A DNA stretch of 64,000 bases, from NCBI GenBank assembly GCA_964421015.1, contig CAYQUS010000007.1, positions 23,551-87,550 on the forward strand, given 5' to 3'. Below, one piece after another: positions 54,618 through 64,000 of the stretch. A program made the translations under genes and the position numbers. Below the pieces are notes generated by a model that saw only the letters and a list, made by a program, of their open reading frames with translations, was not told the DNA's origin and searched no databases. Each line of letters begins with the position of its first letter. Position 1 is the first letter of the stretch. The stretch is from an uncultured Planctomycetia bacterium (GTDB lineage Bacteria; Omnitrophota; Gorgyraeia; Tantalellales; Tantalellaceae).

Positions 54618-55594
54618 TTTCCACCTGTCTTTTCTTTCAGGACAGTTTCGCTGTCCGGTTCCATTTCGACCTTTACCGCCGCGCCGTCGCGGAGTTTCTG
54701 CTGTCCCATCACTATAACGACATCTCCGGACTTGACTTCGCCGGTAATACCGTAAAACCCGCCGCGCCGTATACCGGTGCGAACGTTCTTCTTTCGCGCC
54801 ACGCCGTCCTCCACCACATATACGTAGGCGTAATCGCCCCTGCCGAGAACGGCCTCTTTTCTTACAAGAGGCACGTCTTTATTCTCTCCTACCTCCAGGC
54901 TAACCTTGGCGAACATCCCCGGCCTCAACCGGCCCTCGGCATTATCGATCGTTATCTCTACAGGCGACGTCCTGGTGGCGATATCCACCACCGGGCTTAT
55001 CTTCGTAACTGCCCCTTCGTATTTCACGCCTGGATAGGAGTCCACTTCCACAAGAGCGGTCTGGCCAAGCTTGATCTGAGGCAGATATTTTTCGGGAATA
55101 TTGAGAAGTATCTTTACTTTCGTCATGTCCACTACAAAAGCTACAGCCGTCTGCGTACTGACCTGAGTGCCTATATCCACGTACACTCTTCCTATAACTC
55201 CCGTAAGCGGGCTCTCGACCGGAGCTTTCTCGAACTTAAACCCCACTTCATCCCTGTCCACATATACTATGGTCTCGCCTTTCTCTACCGGGCTGCCGTC
55301 TTCCCTGACCTTTTCTATTATCTTGCCCCCTACTTTCGGGTATACCATCGCCTCATCCCGGGCCTTTATGTCCCCGGCATAATCCAGCGTCACCTTGAGA
55401 TCTCCTGATACCACCTTCATCGCCCGAACAACCGGTATACTCGTCTTCGAGTCCTGCTTCCCTCCGGAACATCCCCGCATGACCGTTATCAGGAAAAACG
55501 CCGCCAAAACAGCCGTCGTTATCTTCCGCGCACGCGGCGTCATCGCGTTCCATACTTTTTTAAGGTCCTTAAGGACCCTGGCCAGATCTTTCAT
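54614..55594 (-). CDS. RND efflux periplasmic adaptor (membrane fusion protein)
   Basis: 326 aa. Lipoyl/beta-barrel MFP architecture. Overlaps the RND gene by 4 nt. Confidence 0.8.
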   Translation of the reverse strand: MKDLARVLKDLKKVWNAMTPRARKITTAVLAAFFLITVMRGCSGGKQDSKTSIPVVRAMKVVSGDLKVTLDYAGDIKARDEAMVYPKVGGKIIEKVREDGSPVEKGETIVYVDRDEVGFKFEKAPVESPLTGVIGRVYVDIGTQVSTQTAVAFVVDMTKVKILLNIPEKYLPQIKLGQTALVEVDSYPGVKYEGAVTKISPVVDIATRTSPVEITIDNAEGRLRPGMFAKVSLEVGENKDVPLVRKEAVLGRGDYAYVYVVEDGVARKKNVRTGIRRGGFYGITGEVKSGDVVIVMGQQKLRDGAAVKVEMEPDSETVLKEKTGGK

Positions 55595-57228
55595 TATGCC
55601 TCCAGTTCTATTCCGTTATTAATAAGCGTCAAACCCTGGGCCTTGTCCAGCTCTATAACAGCTATATTGTATTCCACCAGCGAGCTCGCATGATCCAGTT
55701 CCGCCCGTGAAAGTTTGTCCTGATAATCGAGCATGTCGTGTGTGCTTACCTCGCCAGCGGCGTAACGTTCCTGCTGCGCGTGATAATTCTCTTTTTCTTT
55801 TTCCAAAGCTATTTCGGCGGCCCTTACCTCCTGGTACTGTATCTCGGCCTTCCTGACCTTATCCCTCACCTCGAGCACTATGCTCTGCTCAAGGCGTTTG
55901 AAGGCTATAAGAGCCTGCACTTTCTCGAGTTTTGCCTTGTCGTATTTCGCGCGGTCTCCTCCTCCGAAAGGTATCCGGAGCGCCGCGCCTATGTTCCACT
56001 CCTCGTAATTCGCGGCGATATTGTCAAAAACATCATAGCTGTCGTCATCAAGGCCGTTCAGGCCGAAACTCCCCTTAAGGTCAACCGTGGGCAATAGATC
56101 GTTCTTGGCGACCTTTACCACAATGTCGCGGTTCTTTAAACCTATAGCCGCGGCTTTATAATCGGGTCTGTTGGCAAAAGCGTTCTCGAGAGACGTAACA
56201 AGATCTATTTTCTTTTCCGAAAAACCCGGCGCGTCAGAAAGCTCTATCGTGGCGTTCCACACCTTGGGGTCGTCCACCAGGTTAGTCACGAACCTTAGGT
56301 CGTCCTCGGCCTTTAAAAGATCCTTCTCCGAAGCGATATACCCCTTGTTCCTTTCGGCTACAGCGGCCTCGGTCTCAAGAAGATCGACCGAACTCACAAG
56401 GCCCTTATCATACCTTGCCTTGTTTATGTGATAAAGGCTCTCGGCCCTTTCCAGCCATAGTTTCGCTATAGAACGTGTCTCTGTAGCCAGATGGTAGTAA
56501 TAATAGGCCCCCTTGGTCCTCGTTACCACATCCATAACCATCTTTCTGAAATCCTCATCCGACATGGATTTACTGTTCTTGGCTATCCGGATATTCGCCT
56601 CGTTCACTTCTATTCCGGCGCCCCTGAAAAGAGGCTGTGTAAGAGTTACTTTGGGTTCGGCTGTATATACAGGGTTTACGGTCTGCAGAGAGGAATTCGT
56701 CCAATTGCGGGCGTATTCCATCCCGAGCCAGTATGACGCGCCTGTAGCTATCTTTCCTTCTATTCCGCCTCCCACGGTCATACTCCGGGTTTTTGATTCT
56801 CCGGCGGTAAAAAGGCTCTTCGATTTTTCCGCGCTGTAATAAAGATCGTAATTTCCCAAAAGCGAAGGTTCGAACTCCGCCCCGGCTATCTTTACGTCGT
56901 CGAGGCGCAGCCTGGGATCTATTTTTTTCACCTTTATCTCTGAATTGTTCTTCAGGGCCTCCGCCACGCAATCGTCCATGGAAAGTTTCATAACAACGTC
57001 GCTCCCGGCCGCGGATATAAAATCCTGCTTGTCAAAAACAGGAACCTCGGGAATATCCTGCTTTCCGGACGCGAAAGCCGCGCGGGGACCTAGACAAGAC
57101 ATAAGGATTATAAAAATAAGCGGCAAGACGGGACGAGAAGAAAAAAAACATCCGCTTGACGCTTCTTCCCTATATAGGGCCCTATCCTCGAAGACATTAT
57201 CTTTTATGCGCCGCTTCATGATTTTCAC
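55594..57228 (-). CDS. TolC-family outer-membrane efflux protein
   Basis: 544 aa. Signal peptide; two repeated alpha-helical/beta halves typical of outer membrane factors. Confidence 0.75.
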   Translation of the reverse strand: MKIMKRRIKDNVFEDRALYREEASSGCFFSSRPVLPLIFIILMSCLGPRAAFASGKQDIPEVPVFDKQDFISAAGSDVVMKLSMDDCVAEALKNNSEIKVKKIDPRLRLDDVKIAGAEFEPSLLGNYDLYYSAEKSKSLFTAGESKTRSMTVGGGIEGKIATGASYWLGMEYARNWTNSSLQTVNPVYTAEPKVTLTQPLFRGAGIEVNEANIRIAKNSKSMSDEDFRKMVMDVVTRTKGAYYYYHLATETRSIAKLWLERAESLYHINKARYDKGLVSSVDLLETEAAVAERNKGYIASEKDLLKAEDDLRFVTNLVDDPKVWNATIELSDAPGFSEKKIDLVTSLENAFANRPDYKAAAIGLKNRDIVVKVAKNDLLPTVDLKGSFGLNGLDDDSYDVFDNIAANYEEWNIGAALRIPFGGGDRAKYDKAKLEKVQALIAFKRLEQSIVLEVRDKVRKAEIQYQEVRAAEIALEKEKENYHAQQERYAAGEVSTHDMLDYQDKLSRAELDHASSLVEYNIAVIELDKAQGLTLINNGIELEA

Positions 57229-57232
57229 CCGC

Positions 57233-57676
57233 CTAACCCTGCCTTATACTGTCTATTATTTTCCGGAAAAGCCGCAGATATTCGGTTTTCTCGGCATTCG
57301 TAAGCGCCTTGAACATATCCTTTGTCATAGCCTCTCTTTCGGCGCTTATTACCCGTACCAGCTCGGAGCCTTTTTTAAGAAGGCTAACCTTTACCACTCT
57401 CCTGTCCTCCGGCGTCCGTTCCCGCTTTATAAGCCCCTCCAGTATCATCTTGTCGACTATGCTGGTAGCCGCGCTCATAGTAAGGCCCAGGTCACGAGCC
57501 AGTTCTCCCATTGTGGAGAGCCCCTTTTCTTTAAGTATCTCGAGTACGACTATATTAGAAACGGGAATATTACCCTTTACCACTGCCCCTTTCTGCCTGC
57601 GGGCCACCTCCCTCAGCATCGAAGGTAAAAGCCTCGCCATTTCCGTCCCGAAATCTATACCGCCCGAGCTCGCCAT
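57233..57676 (-). CDS. MarR-family transcriptional regulator
   Basis: 147 aa. wHTH (GELARDLGLTMSAATSIVDKMILEGLIKRERTPEDRRVV). First gene of the RND efflux operon. Palindromes 'ctaaaattttag' and 'aatatttcgaaaatcaaaatatt' lie in its promoter region (57700-57760). Confidence 0.8.
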   Translation of the reverse strand: MASSGGIDFGTEMARLLPSMLREVARRQKGAVVKGNIPVSNIVVLEILKEKGLSTMGELARDLGLTMSAATSIVDKMILEGLIKRERTPEDRRVVKVSLLKKGSELVRVISAEREAMTKDMFKALTNAEKTEYLRLFRKIIDSIRQG

Positions 57677-57801
57677 TCCCGCCTCCGTCTCAAAATGCTA
57701 AAATTTTAGAATATTTCGAAAATCAAAATATTTCCTAATTTAAGTATACCAGAAAAAGCTTTTTAGTCAACAAAAATCGTTTTGGGGATTATTTGGGGAT
57801 T

Positions 57802-57932
57802 GGTGACGGGTACAAAGAGCGTGCCTCTCGCCAATGTGCGAAGATTTTTGGTGACTGGCAGTGAGACTGGTGTTTCCTAGATTTGGTGACTGGCATCCGC
57901 GCGAAGCGCGGTGCCTGTCACCAATGTGTCTA
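57802..57932. repeat. cluster of four GGTGACNGGCA REP-like repeats including nested hairpin (ggtgactggca tccgcgcgaagcgcgg tgcctgtcacc) and Pho-box-like CTGTCAC-caat-GTGTCTA
   Basis: Copies at about 57802, 57850, 57886 and, inverted, 57911-57922. The 20-mer 'gtgcctgtcaccaatgtgtc' matches 27028-27049 at 19/20. Confidence 0.6.
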
Positions 57933-58002
57933 TTTCCTACTTCCCTCTTCCCACTCAACCTTGACCTTAACCTAAAACTTCCTACTTACTCCTTACTCCT
58001 TC

Positions 58003-59421
58003 TTACTTACCGCTCCCCGCCGTCACATCCTTTTCGGTCTGCCAGCCTCCGCCCAGAGCGCGGTAAAGCTGGACGTAATAAATAACCTGGTCGGCCTGCG
58101 TGCGGGCGAGCAGGTTCTGGGCCTGGTAATACTGCTGGTCGGCGTCTATAACTTCAAGGTAGCTCGAATAGCCGCCCTCGTACCTCGCCCTTGAAAGATC
58201 CGTGGCTTTTTTAAGAGCCTCAACCTGTTTTTCCTGGCTCTCTCTTACGGTTTCTATCTTTTCTATATTCACAAGAGCGTCCGAAACTTCCCGGAACGCG
58301 CCTACGACCTTCTGCTGGTAGGAAGCCATGTACTGGCTCACCTTCGCCTTCGCGGCCGCGTATCCCGAAAGATTCTTACCGCCGTCAAAAACGTTCATAT
58401 CCGCGCTGCCCCCCAGCTCCCACGTATATCCCTTATTGTCAAAAACCTTAGAGAACCGGTTCCCCTGGCCGCCCACAAAATTTGTCATGTTGACGCTCGG
58501 CATGAACTCGCTGATGGCAACGCCCACTTCGGCGGTGGCCGAACGGAGCATCTGTTCGGCTTCCATCACATCGGGCCTGTTCTTTAAAAGGTCCGACGGC
58601 AAACCTGAACCGGGAATACCTGGCGCGAAAGATTCCCGAGACAGCGCGGCCGTCCGCTCTATGGGCCCCGGGTTCCTCCCCAGAAGCTCGGAGAGTTTGT
58701 TTTCCTGGCCGGCTATCTCTCTTTCTATATCGGGGATATCCGCCGAGGTCTCCTCGTAATCAGCTTCGGCTCTGGCAACCTCAAGCTCCGAAGCCGCCCC
58801 GCCCTTATAACGCGTGGTAAAAAGATCCAGATTGTCCTTCCTGGTCTGTAATGTTTTTTCGGCTATATCCAGCCTGAGATCGAGCTCAAGCAGGCGAAAA
58901 TACGTCTCGGCCACATCGGCCACAAGCGTCACCATAACGCCTTTCCTCGAATTTTCCGACGCCAGATACTCGGCCCTCGCGGAACTTACACCCTGGCTGA
59001 TCTTTCCCCAAAGGTCCAGTTCCCAGCTGGTATTGAACCCGGCGGTATAGTTAGAGGAAAACCTGTTCAAAGAGGGCGCGCTGTTCTTGGAATTACGTTC
59101 CCTGGATATGCCGCCCGTAAGATCGGCCTGCGGAAAAAGCTGGCTCGCGGCGGTCCCTATAACGGCCCTCGCTTCTTCCACGCGTGCAGCCGCCGCCCTT
59201 AGGTCATAGTTATTGCTCAAAGCCTCGCGGATAAGGTCCTGCAGCGCGGGGTCCTTAAAAACTCCCCACCAGGGAAGGTTTATCATGGCCTCTCCTTCCT
59301 GTATTGTCTTATAACTGCGGTAACTCTGGGGAAGTTCCATTACCGGCTCATGATACCTCGGGCCCATAGCGCATCCGGAACAAGATGCGGCGATGAGAAG
59401 GATAATAGCTGCTATTCTCAC
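58003..59421 (-). CDS. efflux outer-membrane lipoprotein (NodT/OprM family)
   Basis: 472 aa. Lipobox LIAASCSGC; typical OMF helical repeats. Confidence 0.75.
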   Translation of the reverse strand: MRIAAIILLIAASCSGCAMGPRYHEPVMELPQSYRSYKTIQEGEAMINLPWWGVFKDPALQDLIREALSNNYDLRAAAARVEEARAVIGTAASQLFPQADLTGGISRERNSKNSAPSLNRFSSNYTAGFNTSWELDLWGKISQGVSSARAEYLASENSRKGVMVTLVADVAETYFRLLELDLRLDIAEKTLQTRKDNLDLFTTRYKGGAASELEVARAEADYEETSADIPDIEREIAGQENKLSELLGRNPGPIERTAALSRESFAPGIPGSGLPSDLLKNRPDVMEAEQMLRSATAEVGVAISEFMPSVNMTNFVGGQGNRFSKVFDNKGYTWELGGSADMNVFDGGKNLSGYAAAKAKVSQYMASYQQKVVGAFREVSDALVNIEKIETVRESQEKQVEALKKATDLSRARYEGGYSSYLEVIDADQQYYQAQNLLARTQADQVIYYVQLYRALGGGWQTEKDVTAGSGK

Positions 59422-59446
59422 TGATTTTCTCCTTATTTTGTGGAGT

Positions 59447-60571
59447 TTATTTTGTTACTGCTATAGATTTTCTAAAAAGCGACAGGCTGTACACGAAAAA
59501 CCCAAGACCTATGGTGCTCACCATGAGAAATTCGCGCCACACGGCCAAGATACCACCGCCCCGGTAAATTATCGCCTGAGAAAAACTGACAAAATGCCGT
59601 GACGGCAAAAAGAACGTAAGCCTCTGAAGCCATTCCGGCTGGCTTTCTATGGGGGTCGACCCACCCGAAAGAAGCATCAGAACAAGGACCACCAGAATAT
59701 TGAGAAGCGCGAACTGGGCCATGGACCGCGATATGGTCCCAAGAAATATCCCGAGGGCTGTCGCGAAAAAAAGATACAGCACCACGCCGAAAAACCACAA
59801 AGCGTGCGACCCGGCGAAAGGCACCTTAAGAGCCATCTGGACTATCCCGAAAACCGATACCCCCGTCGCTATCAGTATGGCAAGACCGTTGGCCCATACC
59901 TTAGCCATGGCTATTTCGAACGCCGTAAGCGGCATAACAAGAAGATGCTCAAGCGTTCCGTGTTCCCTCTCGCGTATGACCGCGGCGCCCGTAAGAACGA
60001 TCGTCAGAAGAGATATCTGGTTTATTATGGCCACGACGCTCAAAAACCATGAAGCCGTCCCGTTGGGGTTAAAAAGCTTGCGGATAACAAGCTGTATGGG
60101 ACCGGAATCTGTCTCGTCGGTCCGTCTCATAAAACTTGATACGCGCTTGGCGATCATGTTCTTTATGTAGTTGGTTCCTATCCCGGCCTGCTGCATCGCG
60201 GTCGCGTCGATATCTATCTGTATCTCGGGGTTCCTCCCGAAACGCAGATCTTCCTCGAACCTGGGCGGGATCACGACAACGAACATGAAAAGCCCCCTGT
60301 CCATTGACGACTCTATCTCATCGGCGCGGATAAGTTTCGGCACCTGGAACCTGGGCGGATAGAAAATATCGATGAGTTCCCCCGAAAGCGCCGACCTGTC
60401 CTCGTCCACAAACGCTATCGACGCGTTATTGACCTCATTGGAAGTCCCGGTGGCCTGTACATATATGGCAAGGGTGAAGGCGTATATCACAAAAAATAGC
60501 ATTACCTTATCGCTTACAAGGCTTTTAAGTTCCTTGATACCCAGCCAGAATATGTTCTTTATCGTCGTCAC
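59447..60571 (-). CDS. ABC-2-type transporter permease (YhhJ-like)
   Basis: 374 aa. N-terminal TM, large periplasmic loop, then a 5-TM ABC-2 membrane domain. Confidence 0.7.
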   Translation of the reverse strand: MTTIKNIFWLGIKELKSLVSDKVMLFFVIYAFTLAIYVQATGTSNEVNNASIAFVDEDRSALSGELIDIFYPPRFQVPKLIRADEIESSMDRGLFMFVVVIPPRFEEDLRFGRNPEIQIDIDATAMQQAGIGTNYIKNMIAKRVSSFMRRTDETDSGPIQLVIRKLFNPNGTASWFLSVVAIINQISLLTIVLTGAAVIREREHGTLEHLLVMPLTAFEIAMAKVWANGLAILIATGVSVFGIVQMALKVPFAGSHALWFFGVVLYLFFATALGIFLGTISRSMAQFALLNILVVLVLMLLSGGSTPIESQPEWLQRLTFFLPSRHFVSFSQAIIYRGGGILAVWREFLMVSTIGLGFFVYSLSLFRKSIAVTK

Positions 60572-60572
60572 T

Positions 60573-63374
60573 CTATTTCTCCTGTTTCCTGAGGCCGAGC
60601 ATGCTGAAAAACCACAGTACCGGTATACAGCATGCCAGAAAAACTATATCCTGCAGCATTAAACTAGCGTCAAGCCCCTTTGTGTACGCTCCCACACTGG
60701 AATGCATGTAATATGTGGTAGGCCATATCGACCCAATGATCCGGGCCTTTCCCATAAGAGTGGATACCGGCTGCAATAACCCCGAGAACTGGACTGTCGG
60801 CGTGATGGTAAGAATAGCCGTCACAAAAACCGCCGCCACCTGGCTGGAAGTAAAAGTCGATATCATCATGCCTATCCCCGTCGTCGCGGTCACATAGAAC
60901 AAAGTGCTTACGGCAAGCAGCAGAAAACTGCCTTTTACAGGCACCCCAAAAACAAACCTTGCCATCAAGACCAGCACAAAAAAGTTTATCATCCCTATCA
61001 CTATGTACGGCAGCTGTTTGCCCAAAAGGTATTCCATCCTGCCGGTAGGCGTTACATAAAAATTTATCATGGACCCAAGCTCTTTTTCCCTGACTATGCT
61101 CACCGCCATGAGTATCGCCGGTATCAGCACCAGAAGAAGCGCCGGAACGCTAGGCACTATGGAGTAAACGCTTTCGAAGGTCGGATTATACATGTATCGT
61201 TCCTGGAATTTGGTCGTGTCTTTGGGCGGCGGTATCCCAAGGCCGTTCGCGGGGTCCTTCATCATGGTATCGTGTACCCCCTGAACGTACTGCGCCACCG
61301 TCTCTCCACGGAACGTCATTGCCGCGTCCACTTCCGCCAGGACCTGGACCTGGCGGGCTCTCCTAAGGTCCTTGCCGAAATTAGGCGGCATCTCTATGAC
61401 CACGGAGACTTTATCTTCGCGCAGCTTTTGCAGGGCTTCTTCGGCCGATGAAAGATTTTCGGTGGGCAGAAAATACGGTTTGGCACCGGCGAACTGCTCA
61501 AGATACGCGCGGCTTTCCGGAGACTCGTCCAGGTCAAGCGCGGCATAACGTATATTCTCTATATCTGTGGTTATCCCGAACCCGAAAACCACCATAAGAA
61601 GCGCGGAACCCAGAAACGCGAACACCAGCCTTACCGGGTCGCGCAGTATCTGCATGGCCTCGTTGCGGGCGTACGCCAGCATCCTCCCGAGACGCAGCTT
61701 CAAAGAAGCCGCTTTCCCTTCCGGCTTTTTCGCTTCTTTCGGTTTTTCCCTGACCGTTTCTGCAGGCGCAGCCGCAACCTTTTTCGGCTTGGCGGCGGAA
61801 GCCTCTTTAATAGCGTCTTTCATGTATCCTATGAACGCCTCTTCAAGGTCAGCCGCGCCGCGGGCTTCTATAAGTTTTTGCGGCGCGTCGCAGGCCAGAA
61901 CTTTCCCGGCGTTCATAAGGGATATCCTGTCGCATCGCATACCTTCGTTCATAAAATGCGTCGTTATGAATATCGTCACACCCTGATTTCGGGAAAGGTC
62001 CACTAGAAGTTCCCAGAAACTGTCCCTGGCCACGGGATCCACCCCTGAAGTAGGTTCATCAAGTATTAGCATTTTAGGTTCGTGCAGAACGGCCACCGCC
62101 AGCGAAAGCCTCTGCCTGAGACCCATCGGAAGAGAATCCGCCAAAGAGTCAAGATGTTCCCCAAGCCCGAACTTTTCTACAAGCTCCTTTATACGCGACT
62201 CGGCTTTGTCTTTAGGAATGTGGTAAAGAAGCGCGTCCAAGACAAGGTTCTGCTTTACGGTCAGCTCTCCGTAAAGAGAAAAAGCCTGCGTCATGTACCC
62301 CAGTTTTTTTCGCACCTCCATGCTTCCCGCCTCGACAGATTCTCCGAAAAGCGTAGCTGTGCCGTCGGTTGGCGGCAGAAGCCCCGTAAGCATTTTCATC
62401 GTGGTGGATTTTCCGCAGCCGTTAGAGCCCAGAAACCCGAATATCTCTCCCCGCTCTATCGACAAACTTACGTGGTCAACGGCGGTAAAATTGCCGAACC
62501 TGCGCGTCAATCCCTTGGCGTCTATAACGATCTCGTCTTTGCCCTCTCGTCGCGCCGGGATCACAAGTTCCATGTGCCCTCTGCGCTTCTCTTCGGGAAG
62601 AAGTCCTATGAACGCGGCCTCCAGATTTTTTGTCCCTGTCCGCTTCATCAGTTCATCCGGCGTCCCGGTCGCGAGCACGCATCCCGCGTCCATCGCCACT
62701 ATCCAATCCCATTTCTGGGCTTCTTCCATGTAGGCTGTCGAAATAAGCACGCTCATCCCGGGCCGGCCGGAACGTATATCGTCTATAAGCGACCAGAACT
62801 GCTGCCTGGAAAGAGGGTCGACTCCCGTCGTAGGTTCGTCGAGTATAAGAAGATCGGGGTCATGGACAAGAGCCCCGCAAAGGCCCACTTTCTGTTTCAT
62901 TCCTCCGGAAAGTTTTCCGGCAGGCCTGGGGCCGAACGGGCCGAGACCCGTCGCTTCGAGGAGCCCCTTTATTCGGCCGGGCCTTTCCTCGGCGGAAAGC
63001 CCGAAAAGCCTCGCCATGAAATCGACATTATCGTAAGTGCTGAGCTCAAGATAAAGGTTTTTGCCCAGCCCCTGGGGCATATACGCAATTTTTGGGCATA
63101 CCACGCTCCGATGACGCGCGTCCGCTATTTCCCCTCCAAGAACTTTCATCTCTCCGGATTGCAGCGTCTTGGACCCGGCTATAAGGGCCATAAGAGTGGA
63201 CTTACCTACGCCGTCGGGGCCTATAACGCCCACCACGATGCCGGCGGGTATCTCAAGGGAAATTCCGTCCAGAGCGGTAACCTTACCGTAACGGTGACTG
63301 ACGTTCTTCACCGAAACCACAGGCTCAACGCCGGCGGGATACGAGGCGTTCAAGAAGGAAGAAGATGTTCCCAT
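60573..63374 (-). CDS. fused ABC transporter with two ATPase domains and a C-terminal ABC-2 permease (RbbA/YhiH-like)
   Basis: 933 aa. Two Walker A sites (GPDGVGKST, GSNGCGKST), two signature/Walker B sets, and a C-terminal 6-TM ABC-2 domain. Gene order HlyD - fused ABC - YhhJ-like mirrors E. coli yhiI-rbbA-yhhJ. Confidence 0.75.
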   Translation of the reverse strand: MGTSSSFLNASYPAGVEPVVSVKNVSHRYGKVTALDGISLEIPAGIVVGVIGPDGVGKSTLMALIAGSKTLQSGEMKVLGGEIADARHRSVVCPKIAYMPQGLGKNLYLELSTYDNVDFMARLFGLSAEERPGRIKGLLEATGLGPFGPRPAGKLSGGMKQKVGLCGALVHDPDLLILDEPTTGVDPLSRQQFWSLIDDIRSGRPGMSVLISTAYMEEAQKWDWIVAMDAGCVLATGTPDELMKRTGTKNLEAAFIGLLPEEKRRGHMELVIPARREGKDEIVIDAKGLTRRFGNFTAVDHVSLSIERGEIFGFLGSNGCGKSTTMKMLTGLLPPTDGTATLFGESVEAGSMEVRKKLGYMTQAFSLYGELTVKQNLVLDALLYHIPKDKAESRIKELVEKFGLGEHLDSLADSLPMGLRQRLSLAVAVLHEPKMLILDEPTSGVDPVARDSFWELLVDLSRNQGVTIFITTHFMNEGMRCDRISLMNAGKVLACDAPQKLIEARGAADLEEAFIGYMKDAIKEASAAKPKKVAAAPAETVREKPKEAKKPEGKAASLKLRLGRMLAYARNEAMQILRDPVRLVFAFLGSALLMVVFGFGITTDIENIRYAALDLDESPESRAYLEQFAGAKPYFLPTENLSSAEEALQKLREDKVSVVIEMPPNFGKDLRRARQVQVLAEVDAAMTFRGETVAQYVQGVHDTMMKDPANGLGIPPPKDTTKFQERYMYNPTFESVYSIVPSVPALLLVLIPAILMAVSIVREKELGSMINFYVTPTGRMEYLLGKQLPYIVIGMINFFVLVLMARFVFGVPVKGSFLLLAVSTLFYVTATTGIGMMISTFTSSQVAAVFVTAILTITPTVQFSGLLQPVSTLMGKARIIGSIWPTTYYMHSSVGAYTKGLDASLMLQDIVFLACCIPVLWFFSMLGLRKQEK

Positions 63375-63389
63375 TCGAGGTCTCGGCTC

Positions 63390-64000
63390 CTAACGAGCCG
63401 CGGTTTTTTTACCGTCAGCGGGGCTCGCGGGATCCCCGAAACGGCGTTCAAGCCACTTCGGCCATACGGCCGAATCTTTTATTTTGACATACCCCACGCC
63501 GCGAATACCCGTCTTTATCCGGTCAATATAAGCCATCACCGCTTCTTTGGGTATCTGTATCTTTACACGGAACATCAGCTTGTCGCGTTCGGTGCGTGTC
63601 TCGACCTGCTTAGGAGTGAACTGAGCCTCCGGTGACACGAAACTCACATAGCCCACGGCCGCGCGGTCCGGCACAAAATCAACGGTTATCCTCGCGTCGG
63701 CGCCGGTCTTTATCATGGCGGCCTGCTCGGAAGGAAGGTAAATTTCCATGTAGACGTCTTCAAGATTCACTACGGTAAGCGCTTTCCCGCCGGACGCGAG
63801 CATCTCTCCCGGTTCGGCCAGACGGTAAAGCACGCGCCCTAGTACCGGCGACTTAAGCGTGGCGTCGTCTATATGCGTCTGTATGGTCGCGACATTGGCT
63901 TTTGCCACCTCCACTTCCTGTTTGGCGGTATTGAGCCTCGCGACAGTCTCGTCATAAGCGGCCTTGGAAGTCTCAAGGTCGGTTTTTCTGGCATCGAACT
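63390..64000 (-). CDS. HlyD-family secretion/adaptor protein (YhiI-like), 5' end beyond window
   Basis: Frame stays open to the window end (…AKQEVEVAKANVATIQ…). The track's displayed start at 63914 is a GTG inside the longer frame. C-terminal beta-barrel MFP domain. Confidence 0.65.
   Translation of the reverse strand, partial: FDARKTDLETSKAAYDETVARLNTAKQEVEVAKANVATIQTHIDDATLKSPVLGRVLYRLAEPGEMLASGGKALTVVNLEDVYMEIYLPSEQAAMIKTGADARITVDFVPDRAAVGYVSFVSPEAQFTPKQVETRTERDKLMFRVKIQIPKEAVMAYIDRIKTGIRGVGYVKIKDSAVWPKWLERRFGDPASPADGKKTAAR

Noticed and set aside
62082-63635. 517-aa plus-strand ORF
   Set aside because: Antisense to the RbbA-like ABC gene, whose Walker/signature motifs are unambiguous on the minus strand.

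Overview
Chromosomal segment of a Gram-negative (diderm) bacterium; about 85% of genes are on the minus strand. Core content: two tripartite efflux clusters (HlyD/TolC-like at 1-3479; marR-TolC-MFP-RND at 51402-57676) and a NodT-OMP + YhhJ-like permease + RbbA-like fused ABC + HlyD cluster (58003-64000). Also the LPS/heptose genes lpxD, hldD and gmhB, hup, a tRNA-Arg(CCG), the anaerobic RNR genes nrdD/nrdG, mgtE, a complete Pho locus (phoB-phoR, porin, pstSCAB-B'-phoU), purE, and a cysteine/methionine block (Rrf2 regulator, yezD-like, metY, cysK). No transposase, integrase or CRISPR array was seen. The more accessory stretch (about 30-41 kb and scattered intergenic regions) holds two giant secreted/membrane multidomain proteins (1261 aa with an internal PTS EIIA-2 domain; 1548 aa with methyltransferase-like, duplicated Cys-protease-like and P-loop kinase-like modules). 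It also holds a Cys-rich secreted mini-peptide, an EF-hand-loop/collagen-like repeat protein, a secreted patatin-like lipase, and several dispersed repeat families. The repeat families include a REP-like palindrome GGTGACWGGCAC, a roughly 125-bp promoter+leader cassette placed in front of three unrelated genes, 148-bp hairpin-rich direct repeats, and tandem 186-bp units that re-create the tRNA-Arg 3' end. Other notable observations: nrdD appears genuinely split, with the glycyl-radical motif on a separate 60-aa ORF that has its own RBS, and the two PstB paralogs carry complementary degenerate ATPase motifs. Everything is inferred from reading the sequence and ORF translations by eye; no searches were run.
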